A stretch of DNA of 64,000 nucleotides, taken from the NCBI GenBank assembly GCA_045594745.1, contig JAZNZC010000151.1, forward strand, positions 5,095 through 69,094, read 5' to 3'. A model generated the notes under the pieces. It searched no databases, had not been told where the DNA came from, and worked only from the letters and a program-made list of their open reading frames with translations. The stretch's first letter is position 1; every line of letters begins with the position of its first letter. The translations under genes were made by a program, and so were the position numbers. This document shows positions 52,839 to 61,673 of the stretch, one piece after another. Source of the DNA: Eubacteriales bacterium (GTDB lineage Bacteria > Bacillota > Clostridia > Oscillospirales > CAG-272).

Positions 52839-53735
52839 ATGAGAAGATTTGGTATTTCAATTTACGGAGTATCAAGAAAGATCCGCACGGGCGAGCTTAC
52901 GCCCGTGCAGGCCTTTGAACAAATTTGCGAAATGGGTGCCGAGGTAGTCGAGCTCGTGCCTTTCGGCTTCAATCTTGTGCAAACGCCCGAGCTTCGCCCT
53001 GAGTTCAAAGCAGCCAGTGCAAGGCTTGGTGTTCCGATTGGAAATTACTCTCTCAACGCCAATTTCCTGATGCTTTCCGATGAGGCTTATGCTGCGGAAA
53101 TTGCGAGAGTAAAGCAACACATCGATATGGTGTCCGATATGGAGATCCCCACCATTAGAGTCGATTCTGCGGCGTTCTCCCGCCCGATGAGCGAAAACAC
53201 AATGGAGAAGTTCCAAAACGAGTTGCCGCTTATCGTAGATACCTATGAGCAGCTTTGCGATTATGCAAAGCCCTTGGGTATTACGGTGCTTTTGGAGAAC
53301 CACGGGTTCCACGCTAACGGCTCTGAGCGTGTACGCCAAATTCTGACGAGCGTAAAGAGAGACAACTGGGGACATCAGCTTGATGTTGGTAATTATACCT
53401 GTGTTGACGATATTCCCGAAATCGCAATTAAGAAGATGATCCCGTTTGCAAAGACGATACATATGAAGGATTTCTACATTCGTCCCGCACACAGAGATCC
53501 CGGCGGCTGGCAAGATTTCAGTTGCGAGGATTCTTGGTTCAAATCTGTGAACGGCACCTTCCTTCGCGGTTCTATTCTCGCGCAGGGTGACATCGATATT
53601 TGGGATGTTATGCGCACCATAAAGAACTCCGACTTCGATGGAGATATTTATCTCGAATACGAGGGTATGGAGGAATGTACTTATGGCACCCGTCTTTCCT
53701 TTGCGAATATGAAGAGGATATATAACGAGGTGTAA
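52839..53735 (+). CDS. sugar phosphate isomerase/epimerase-like TIM-barrel protein (xylose isomerase-like fold)
   Basis: VLLENHGFH and QLDVGNY motifs. Start at ATG 52839 behind GGAGAA. Confidence 0.75.
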   Translation: MRRFGISIYGVSRKIRTGELTPVQAFEQICEMGAEVVELVPFGFNLVQTPELRPEFKAASARLGVPIGNYSLNANFLMLSDEAYAAEIARVKQHIDMVSDMEIPTIRVDSAAFSRPMSENTMEKFQNELPLIVDTYEQLCDYAKPLGITVLLENHGFHANGSERVRQILTSVKRDNWGHQLDVGNYTCVDDIPEIAIKKMIPFAKTIHMKDFYIRPAHRDPGGWQDFSCEDSWFKSVNGTFLRGSILAQGDIDIWDVMRTIKNSDFDGDIYLEYEGMEECTYGTRLSFANMKRIYNEV

Positions 53736-53755
53736 TAGTAGGCCGCATTTCAAAA

Positions 53756-53798
53756 ATAGCCGATGAGGAATCGAAAGAAACCTCATCGGCTATTTTTC
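53756..53798 (+). terminator. rho-independent terminator ending the MoxR operon
   Basis: 13-bp stem ATAGCCGATGAGG/CCTCATCGGCTAT followed by TTTTTC. Confidence 0.8.
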
Positions 53799-53827
53799 TT
53801 TCTTTATTTGATAAACTTTTTATCATT

Positions 53828-53858
53828 CTAAAGTTTATATTATAAATATAAACTTTAG
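53828..53858. promoter_or_regulatory. perfect 13-bp inverted repeat in an AT-rich spacer
   Basis: CTAAAGTTTATAT-tataa-ATATAAACTTTAG. Confidence 0.5.
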
Positions 53859-54096
53859 ATCTATCTTAAAGACACTTATAGAGCAGGGAAGGGGAGGTGT
53901 TATTTTCTACCATAAAAGTGGTACAAAAAAGATTTTTGCTTGCCTTCCGTACCGCAATTTTTCAAGAGTATTTGACATAGTTGTTTTGTAAATCGATTCA
54001 AGATTCCTTGATTCGACAATGTGCACAAAAAACGATGTTTTTTCTCCGAATTCGACCTCTTTATTTGTGCGAAATGCTTACTTTTCCAAAAAGCTC

Positions 54097-54125
54097 TTGC
54101 AAAATGTATAAAAATGTAGTATAAT
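54097..54125 (+). promoter_or_regulatory. sigma-A-type promoter
   Basis: TTGCAA at 54097-54102, 17-nt spacer, TATAAT at 54120-54125. Confidence 0.6.
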
Positions 54126-54189
54126 ATTAGCATCTTTTGATTTCAGCATCATTTTGTGCCGCCGCGTGGCGGCGGAATGGAGACTACAT

Positions 54190-55620
54190 ATGTATACAGC
54201 AATTACCTTGGCCGTCGCGGCCATTTTATCTGTGGCGCTGCTTTTGCTGCTGGCCAAGCAATCCGATACCGTTTTTTACAGAGTTCTTAGAATTTTTACC
54301 ATCGTATTTTGCATCGTCGGATTTTTCCGCTTTATGCTTTGCGATGGATTTATTTACGTGATCAATGGCGGCGTAATGCACGAGATCTATTACGAAAACA
54401 GCGATTTGCTTTCCACTATCCTTCGTTGGGGATATTTCGCACATTACTCGGTTCTGCCGATGGCGGTGTTTACCAAGAGCCGTCTGTTCCGCAACCTTGC
54501 TTGCTATTATTGCTTGCCGTTTTCGGTTTTGTCTGCCGTTTACTTTGAGCGTTTCATGCCCTATTTTACGCAAAACACCGGAGTAGGTATTTATGCACCG
54601 TCCACCTTCCGTTACGTTTATTTCGTAGTAGAGCTGGTGCTTGCTATTTCCATTACTTTGACTCTTTGTGTACGCGAAAAGCACGTGCTGCGCGTAACCG
54701 ATCCGTGGGAGATTGTGCGTCTGCTTGTTTCGCTCCCCTTCATTGCGTTTTGTACGATGCCTGCTTATGTGCCCCAATCGATCTTTGGTTACTCCGGTAT
54801 ACAAGTGTCCACCTTTGGTGCCGTGCATCTGCTTTGGATGGCAGCGCTTGTCGTGATTACGCTGGTATTATACCGCATCTTCCGCTTCCGCGGTTTTGAG
54901 GATCGCTACAATCTGTGCCTTTTCCTCACGTTTGCGCTTTTCTTCCACTACAATTCGCTTTATTTGATGGGCTTTAGCTTGCCCCGTTTGCCGATACAGC
55001 TTTGCAATCTGGCTGCGTTTTTCTACATCATTGCCATTCCGTTCAAGCTGAACAAATTCTTCCAATTTTGCTTTATCGTCAACATCACAGGTACGTTGAT
55101 TGCAATTCTTTCGCCCGATTTTGCTACAACAGGCCTCGGCTTTTGGAATCTGCACTATGTTTACGAGCATTCGCTCGTATTGATGATTCCTGTGCTTGCT
55201 ATGGGTCTGCGTATTTTCCCACGCATTACGCGTCGCTCGCTCAAGTATGCCGCTATCGGCTTTGCTTGTTATTTCGTGTTCTGCGTAATTGGCGGCGGCC
55301 TTTTGAACATTTTTTCCAACTACACGGGACAAGAGGTAAACTACTTCTTTATGTTCGACTTCGATAAGGCCAAAACTTTTGTTTCCTTTATTTCTTTTGT
55401 GGACATGTGGTCCGTAACCATCGGTGCATTTACGTTTTATCCGATTTTGATGATGATTATTTTTGTTGCCTTTTCGTTGCTATGCCTTGTTTTCTACCGC
55501 GTTGCACTGTATTGCTACAAGGTAGAGGATGATCAATTGCAATTACGCAACGCAGGACTTGACTTTTTGGAGCAGTGCCTTGGCAGACCTATGCGGTTTC
55601 CTCGCGAGTTCCGGGATTGA
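54190..55620 (+). CDS. polytopic integral membrane protein (about 11-12 TM), family not recognised
   Basis: Start at ATG 54190 behind GGAG. Continuous hydrophobic segments. Confidence 0.8.
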   Translation: MYTAITLAVAAILSVALLLLLAKQSDTVFYRVLRIFTIVFCIVGFFRFMLCDGFIYVINGGVMHEIYYENSDLLSTILRWGYFAHYSVLPMAVFTKSRLFRNLACYYCLPFSVLSAVYFERFMPYFTQNTGVGIYAPSTFRYVYFVVELVLAISITLTLCVREKHVLRVTDPWEIVRLLVSLPFIAFCTMPAYVPQSIFGYSGIQVSTFGAVHLLWMAALVVITLVLYRIFRFRGFEDRYNLCLFLTFALFFHYNSLYLMGFSLPRLPIQLCNLAAFFYIIAIPFKLNKFFQFCFIVNITGTLIAILSPDFATTGLGFWNLHYVYEHSLVLMIPVLAMGLRIFPRITRRSLKYAAIGFACYFVFCVIGGGLLNIFSNYTGQEVNYFFMFDFDKAKTFVSFISFVDMWSVTIGAFTFYPILMMIIFVAFSLLCLVFYRVALYCYKVEDDQLQLRNAGLDFLEQCLGRPMRFPREFRD

Positions 55621-55635
55621 TATGGAGGCTTATCA

Positions 55636-56370
55636 ATGTTAGAGATTAAGCATTTAACAAAAAGTTACGCGGGATCTGACGTTAACGCCGTAGAAGATCT
55701 GTCTATCTCCCTCAATGCAGGCGAGATTTACGGATTTCTTGGCTCCAACGGTGCAGGTAAAAGTACCACCATCAAGGCGTTGGTTGGTATTCATCCCTTT
55801 CAACACGGAGATATCCTGATCAACGGTGTTTCCATCAAAACAAACCCTCTTCAGGCAAAACAGCAGATCGGTTACGTATCGGACAACCATGCTGTGTTTG
55901 AGCGCTTGACAGGACGCGAATATGTAACCCATATTGCCAACCTTTACAGTGTCCCCAAGGCAGAAGTAGAGGAGAAATGTGAGGATCTGCTTAGAATATT
56001 CAAATTGAAGGATGCGTTTGATCTGCCGATCAAAAGCTATTCCCACGGTATGAAGCAAAAGATATCGGTTATCGGTGCGCTTGTCCACAGCCCTAAACTG
56101 TGGGTTCTTGACGAGCCGCTGACGGGTCTTGATCCGCAGAGTGCATATCAGCTCAAGATGGTTATGAAGCGCCATGCAAAAGCCGGTAATACGGTATTCT
56201 TCAGCTCGCATATTTTGGACGTAGTAGAGAACCTTTGTGACCGTTGTTGCATTATCCAAAAGGGTAAACTGCAAGGCGTTTACGATCTTGGTGAACTACA
56301 CGCCCAGGGACGTTCGCTTGAGGAAATCTTTATGAGCGTGGTCGGCGAGATCGAGGGTGAGGGTGTCTGA
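55636..56370 (+). CDS. ABC transporter ATP-binding protein
   Basis: Walker A GSNGAGKST, signature SHGMKQK, Walker B LWVLDEP. RBS GGAGG. Confidence 0.9.
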   Translation: MLEIKHLTKSYAGSDVNAVEDLSISLNAGEIYGFLGSNGAGKSTTIKALVGIHPFQHGDILINGVSIKTNPLQAKQQIGYVSDNHAVFERLTGREYVTHIANLYSVPKAEVEEKCEDLLRIFKLKDAFDLPIKSYSHGMKQKISVIGALVHSPKLWVLDEPLTGLDPQSAYQLKMVMKRHAKAGNTVFFSSHILDVVENLCDRCCIIQKGKLQGVYDLGELHAQGRSLEEIFMSVVGEIEGEGV

Positions 56371-57974
56371 TGCGAGCAACGTTAAATCTTTTACGTCTGC
56401 AGATCGATAACCACACCGATCTGCTCAAAACTGCCTCACCGCGCAAAATGGGTGTGGCAGCGATCAAAATCCTGATCCTGCTTGTGGCGATCACGGGGGC
56501 ACTTGCCTATGCCTTTTCGCGTGTTTTCCTGCTTGGCTTTGCCATTAACGCCGAGCTGATCGCGTTGCTTTTACTGATCGTGCAGGCACTTACGCTCGTC
56601 TTTACCGTGGCGCGTATCATTAGTACGTTGTATCTGTCACACGACAACGAACTGTTGATTTGTTTGCCGGTTACGGCTAACCAATTTTTTATTTCAAAGA
56701 TCCTTTTGGTTTATTTTAAGGAGTTTGCATTCAACGCGATGCTCTGCTTGCCGCTCTTCATTTGTCTTGGTATATTTGGCGGCCTGAGTGTTAGCTTTTA
56801 CTGCGCTATCCCGTTGTATCTGATCCTCATGCCGATTCTGCCGATCATTCTCGCGTCTTTCCTCAGCATTCCTGTGATGCGTGTGCTGGCATTTTTGAAA
56901 CGTCACTCGGTGCTTGCTATCATCGTTTTGCTTGTGCTTGTGGCGGGTGCGCTTTGGGCATATATTTCCTTGATCGCGGGACTTGCCGGAAGCTTTAATA
57001 TCGTAGAACAGCAAATGCAACTGGTGGCGTCGATCAACGAGACCGTGCGCTCGATTGGCAGTAAGATTTTCATTTATTATCAGCTTGCGTTGGCAATGCT
57101 TTCCTTCTCAAAGTGGTACTACATTCCGCTTTTCCTTGGACTTTGTGCACTGCTTTCGATTGCAACGGTGATGATTATTCGTCCCTTTTACTTCCGCATT
57201 GCAATGCCTCAGCTTGAAAACCGTATTACAACGAGTTCCAAAAAGCAGAAGCGGTTTAGTCATTCCGGTCCCTTTGTTAGCCTGATCAAAAAGGAGATGC
57301 TTTGCATTTTCCGTTCCCCCTCAGAGGTATTCCAATATTTCCTCTTTACGTTGTTAATGCCTTTTATCGTGATTTCGTATGACAGACTGTTGATGACGGT
57401 ATCGGTAAATCAGGCAGGAGTCAATATGGTTGCCGGTTCGCATGTGATGATCGTTGCTATTTTGGCAATGCTTTCCAACATCTCCTCTGCTTCCGCCATT
57501 TCACGCGACGGTGCAACGTTCCACACCTCTAAGATCATTCCTGTTGACTATTTCACGCAGATTTTTGCAAAATTGACCTTTAATGCGATCTTTACGCTTG
57601 GTGCGGTGGCTTTGACCGCTGTGATCTCTGCGTTTTCGTATCCCATTTGGCAGATCGTACTAAGCAGCATCGCCGTAGGCTTTGCCGCTATCGGTCATAT
57701 TGCACTTTGCTTGGAAATGGATATCAAGCATCCGAGTGTTTGTATGCAAGGAGACGAGGAAGCTTCCACAACCAGTAAAAGCACGCCGTACGCATTGCTA
57801 TCAGGCCTTGCAATCGGCTTTGTTATGGGGCTTTTCCTGATCCTGCAATCCACAGCCGAGAATGCGGTCCTTCCTTACGTTTTACTGATCGTGATTTCCC
57901 TTATCTTTGCCCTGTGGTGTGTTTGGAATTTGATCCGACGCATCCAGTTGGCATATGACAAAATTGAAATGTGA
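56370..57974 (+). CDS. ABC exporter-type permease (multi-TM, ABC-2-like)
   Basis: ATG overlaps the ATPase stop. About 12 hydrophobic segments. Confidence 0.8.
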   Translation: MRATLNLLRLQIDNHTDLLKTASPRKMGVAAIKILILLVAITGALAYAFSRVFLLGFAINAELIALLLLIVQALTLVFTVARIISTLYLSHDNELLICLPVTANQFFISKILLVYFKEFAFNAMLCLPLFICLGIFGGLSVSFYCAIPLYLILMPILPIILASFLSIPVMRVLAFLKRHSVLAIIVLLVLVAGALWAYISLIAGLAGSFNIVEQQMQLVASINETVRSIGSKIFIYYQLALAMLSFSKWYYIPLFLGLCALLSIATVMIIRPFYFRIAMPQLENRITTSSKKQKRFSHSGPFVSLIKKEMLCIFRSPSEVFQYFLFTLLMPFIVISYDRLLMTVSVNQAGVNMVAGSHVMIVAILAMLSNISSASAISRDGATFHTSKIIPVDYFTQIFAKLTFNAIFTLGAVALTAVISAFSYPIWQIVLSSIAVGFAAIGHIALCLEMDIKHPSVCMQGDEEASTTSKSTPYALLSGLAIGFVMGLFLILQSTAENAVLPYVLLIVISLIFALWCVWNLIRRIQLAYDKIEM

Positions 57975-57981
57975 GCTTTTT

Positions 57982-58899
57982 ATGAAAAAAACGATTATTC
58001 TTATTTTAGCATTACTCCCTATCGTATTGCTGATCGTAATTTCGATTGCGGGTCGTATTCTTTCGACCTATCAGCATATTGAGGTCGCACGCGTCGTCTT
58101 TACCGATGACGCCGGTAAGGAGCTTGACAGCGCCGCGGTGCTCATGCTTAGCGTGGGCGAAACAAAATCCACCAAGATCAAAATCTATCCCGAGCTTGCG
58201 GCTAACAAGAACGTAAGCTACAGCTCCACAGACGAGGCCGTTTGCACGGTTGACGCTTCGGGAGCTGTGACGGGAGTGCGCTCAGGTAGCGCAATTATCA
58301 TAGTTAGAACTGCCGACGGTAACAAGACCGCAATGCTTAACGTCTCCGTACGTGCTGGCAGTGTAACGGGTGTAACACTTACTCCGGATACGCTCAGCAT
58401 GATGGTTGGCGAAAGCAAGGATCTCAGCGTTATTGTAGAGCCGTATGCAGCGCTAAATAAAAATGTCACCTATACGACGAGCGATCCTTCGGTTGTGACA
58501 GTCAGTGCAATCGGTAAGCTAAAGGCAGTGGGAGCGGGCACGGCAACCGTGACAGTTACTACTGTGGATGGAGGCTTCACCGACACCTGTATCGTCACAG
58601 TAACGGAAGATACGCCGCCGCTTCTCTTCGATTTCAAGGGTGTTGCGGGCATTCAGCAGTCGGGCGCGGGCTACATCATCGCCCAACCGACATTCGACTT
58701 GGCCACAGGTCTTGTTATTGACGAGGCGATTGCATCGAACGATGTTCACTTCCGTATTGTATCGGGCGATGATGCTACCGTTGATGAAAACGGTGTCTTG
58801 ACCTTTACCCAATCGGGCGTGGTAACCGTAGAGGCTTTTGTAGGCGACGCAGAAAATTCCACGTATCGCGTGGAAATACGTATTGCTTGGTTTGAGTAA
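57982..58899 (+). CDS. TM-anchored protein with two Big_2 (bacterial Ig-like group 2) domains
   Basis: N-terminal anchor IILILALLPIVLLIVISIAG. NVSYSSTDEAVCTVDASGAVTGVRSGSA and NVTYTTSDPSVVTVSAIGKLKAVGAGTA. Confidence 0.85.
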   Translation: MKKTIILILALLPIVLLIVISIAGRILSTYQHIEVARVVFTDDAGKELDSAAVLMLSVGETKSTKIKIYPELAANKNVSYSSTDEAVCTVDASGAVTGVRSGSAIIIVRTADGNKTAMLNVSVRAGSVTGVTLTPDTLSMMVGESKDLSVIVEPYAALNKNVTYTTSDPSVVTVSAIGKLKAVGAGTATVTVTTVDGGFTDTCIVTVTEDTPPLLFDFKGVAGIQQSGAGYIIAQPTFDLATGLVIDEAIASNDVHFRIVSGDDATVDENGVLTFTQSGVVTVEAFVGDAENSTYRVEIRIAWFE

Positions 58900-58930
58900 T
58901 CCAAGCGCAAAAAAAGGAGGTATATTCACT

Positions 58931-61555
58931 ATGAGACTTTTCAAAAAAACACTTCTATTCCTTTGTCTGATTTCACTTGTTCTTTGTGCTTTCGCTTCCT
59001 GTGAAGCGAAGGAATCCTTGACTCTTTCGGCTGACAAAACGACAGCAAAGCCGGACGAAGTTGTAATTTTTAGCACCAAATACGTTACTATGAAAGGCGA
59101 GGTCAATGCCGAGGCGGCTACGTATGAGATCACTGCCGGCTCCGAATTTGCAACCCTTGCAGGCAACAAGCTTACCATTTCCTCGACCGCGAAAAACGGT
59201 GCAGTTATCACCGTAGTAGCAAAAATGGGCAAGCTGGTTTCCAACGCAGTAAACGTTACTGTAATCATTCCCCAAAACAGTCTTTCTATTTCCGCGGATA
59301 AAACCGTGGCTCAGCGTAAAGACACCGTGACCGTGACCGTTGCACTGACCGAGGACGGCCAGGCGATTGATTCTGCAAATGCTGCATTGACGATCACCAA
59401 GGGCGAAGAATTTGCAAAGCTGGTCGGCACGAAGCTGACGATCAATGAGGATGCTGCAAACGGCTCTGAGATCGAGCTGACTGCAACCTACAAGGCTTTG
59501 ACCTCTAACACGATCAAGATTACTGTTAGTGTTCCCGTTACGGGCATCACGATTTCCACTTCCAAGACCTTTATCCCTGAAGGTTCCTTTGTAAACATTC
59601 AGACGGTACTGAGCCCTGCGGGTGCTGTTGGTAACGTGGAGTGGATCGTTACCGAGGGTGCCGATCTTTGCACGATCACCGGCGGTCTTTTGGCTGTGAA
59701 CGCAGATGCAACCAAGGGTGCAACCATTAAGGTTAAGGCAAAATGCGGTGAGGTTGAAAGTAACGAGCTTACCTTTACCGTTGGCGAAGAGACTGAACGC
59801 TTCTTGATTCAGCTTTCTCAAAATTCGCTGACCGTAGACCGCAACGGCACCTCTGCCGCGTTGCTTAACGTTGAAGTTTTTGACGGCGCGTTTCAACCGG
59901 TAACGGATCGCAACGTAGCTTTTGAGATCATCAGCGGTCAGGAATTCCTGTCGCTCACTCCTAACGGCAACACTTGCACCTTTGAGGCGCTCGGCCATGG
60001 AGAAGCTGTTGTGCGTGTTAGCCTGCCCGGCACCAACATTTCCAAAACAGCAAGCGTCAAGGTAATCGTTCCTCCCGAAGCAATTCAGCTTCCCGAGATG
60101 TTTATCGAGCGTTTGGGTCACACCTACAATTTCTCGATGACTAACCCCAGCACAGGCTTGGCTTACCGTATTCCTTTTAATGCAAGTGCGATTGGCGCAG
60201 AAAATGGTGCTTACTGCACAACGGTGAAATACACCTTCGCTTACGAGGACGGCACCACCGGCGACGATGTTGCTGTTTGGGCAGACGGTACAATCACCTT
60301 CAAAAAAGCAGGACGCGTTACTGTTACCGCATCCTCTGATTCCGGAAGCCGCAATGAGGTTACAGCTCAATATAGCTTCGAAGTCAACACCGGCTACAAT
60401 GTTGGCAATTACAGTGAGTTCAAAACACTGCTTGAAAGTGACTCCTACAACGGAGAGATCATTAACATCGTGGTAACCGAAAAGCCCACAGGCGCAAACG
60501 GCTATGCTTATGGCTATGATCTTGTTCCTCCCGCAGCACTTAAGGCTGCTGAAGAACAAACTTGGCAAGAAGTATTCTGGTACTCTTCTATCCACGCAAA
60601 AAACAAAAACGTTTACATCAACGGTAACCGCCACAAGCTCGACGGCTCGCAGCTGCGCGTTATCTCCGAGGAAGAGATCAATGAATTGACGAATCTGGGT
60701 CATACTGTAAGCAACATCGGTGCGTTGCTTATGATTTCTCCCGAGGCAAGTGATCCTATGCAGGTTGCCGGCAGACAGCACAGCGTTAAGGTGTTTGATC
60801 TTGAGATTGTAGGTAATACCCCCGTAGACTTTGCAGGTGCTTTGAACGGTCACCGTCCGTTGGGCTCCTACAATACCGGCTTGTGCATTGGTAACGTCGA
60901 CTACGACGTTGTATACCACGTTGAGGTAAAGAATATTACCGTATCTCGTTGCAACGTAGGTCTTCGTTTCCGTCACGCAGTAGGCGATAGTGCAATCGAT
61001 AACATTAACGTTTACAACTGCTTCTCCAACGGCATTGAGGTTGAAGCCTCTATTATGACCTTTGGCGACCTGACGTTCGGTAAATGCGGTGCAGCAGGTC
61101 TTGAAATGGTACCCAGCAACTCCAATCGCGCAGGCGACAAAATGGATCAAAATCAAAAGATTACCTTTGCAGGTGTCATCGATACATCCAACAACCTCAA
61201 CAATGGTGGAACGATCTACCTTACCAACTATGCCGCAGGCGGTTTTACCGTTCCTGATATTTTGTTGGGTGTACTGCAACAGTACCAAAACCCCACCACT
61301 CTTGGTCATATGATGAATGAAAACGGCGAGTTTGCCTTTGTAACCTTCATTTTCCATGACTTCACCAAGGGTGTAGTTAACCAAAGTGAGGCTATTTATC
61401 CTGCATATCAGGCAGGTGGTATCATCAATGCCAAGGATCTTCCTACAGACGGTAGCATCGATACTACGCACGAGTACATCCAGTTGGAAATTAAGTTTGG
61501 CGAATATAATCTCGGCTACGCGCTTCTTTACAACCACAACTACGTAGCAAAATAA
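58931..61555 (+). CDS. lipoprotein with about 4 Ig-like (Big_2-type) domains and a C-terminal right-handed beta-helix-like domain
   Basis: RBS AAGGAGG. Lipobox AFASC. Repeated L.ISADKT...ITV units. VEVKNITVSRCNVGLRF, NINVYNCFSNGIEVE and GKCGAAGLEM resemble PbH1 repeats. Confidence 0.85.
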   Translation: MRLFKKTLLFLCLISLVLCAFASCEAKESLTLSADKTTAKPDEVVIFSTKYVTMKGEVNAEAATYEITAGSEFATLAGNKLTISSTAKNGAVITVVAKMGKLVSNAVNVTVIIPQNSLSISADKTVAQRKDTVTVTVALTEDGQAIDSANAALTITKGEEFAKLVGTKLTINEDAANGSEIELTATYKALTSNTIKITVSVPVTGITISTSKTFIPEGSFVNIQTVLSPAGAVGNVEWIVTEGADLCTITGGLLAVNADATKGATIKVKAKCGEVESNELTFTVGEETERFLIQLSQNSLTVDRNGTSAALLNVEVFDGAFQPVTDRNVAFEIISGQEFLSLTPNGNTCTFEALGHGEAVVRVSLPGTNISKTASVKVIVPPEAIQLPEMFIERLGHTYNFSMTNPSTGLAYRIPFNASAIGAENGAYCTTVKYTFAYEDGTTGDDVAVWADGTITFKKAGRVTVTASSDSGSRNEVTAQYSFEVNTGYNVGNYSEFKTLLESDSYNGEIINIVVTEKPTGANGYAYGYDLVPPAALKAAEEQTWQEVFWYSSIHAKNKNVYINGNRHKLDGSQLRVISEEEINELTNLGHTVSNIGALLMISPEASDPMQVAGRQHSVKVFDLEIVGNTPVDFAGALNGHRPLGSYNTGLCIGNVDYDVVYHVEVKNITVSRCNVGLRFRHAVGDSAIDNINVYNCFSNGIEVEASIMTFGDLTFGKCGAAGLEMVPSNSNRAGDKMDQNQKITFAGVIDTSNNLNNGGTIYLTNYAAGGFTVPDILLGVLQQYQNPTTLGHMMNENGEFAFVTFIFHDFTKGVVNQSEAIYPAYQAGGIINAKDLPTDGSIDTTHEYIQLEIKFGEYNLGYALLYNHNYVAK

Positions 61556-61590
61556 ATTCACGCGTGAGCACGCTCACGCAAACACAAAAA

Positions 61591-61625
61591 GCTCCTGCGG
61601 CAAATAGCCGCAGGAGCCCCTTTTA
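61591..61625. terminator. bidirectional rho-independent terminator between convergent genes
   Basis: 11-bp stem GCTCCTGCGGC/GCCGCAGGAGC flanked by AAAAA and TTTT. An extra hairpin lies at 61562-61579. Confidence 0.8.
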
Positions 61626-61673
61626 TAAAGTACAGGATATATTTCGTTTTTTCACGCCGGGGATTTCATTCGA

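Noticed and set aside
13000-53800. Prophage, ICE or transposon origin of the surface-protein island
   Set aside because: I recognised no integrase, transposase, relaxase, capsid or tail gene, tRNA target, or flanking direct repeats. Codon bias (shadow ORFs) appears the same inside and outside the island.
53900-54133. 77-aa minus ORF in the AT-rich spacer
   Set aside because: It has AT-driven composition, no RBS, and overlaps the predicted + strand promoter.
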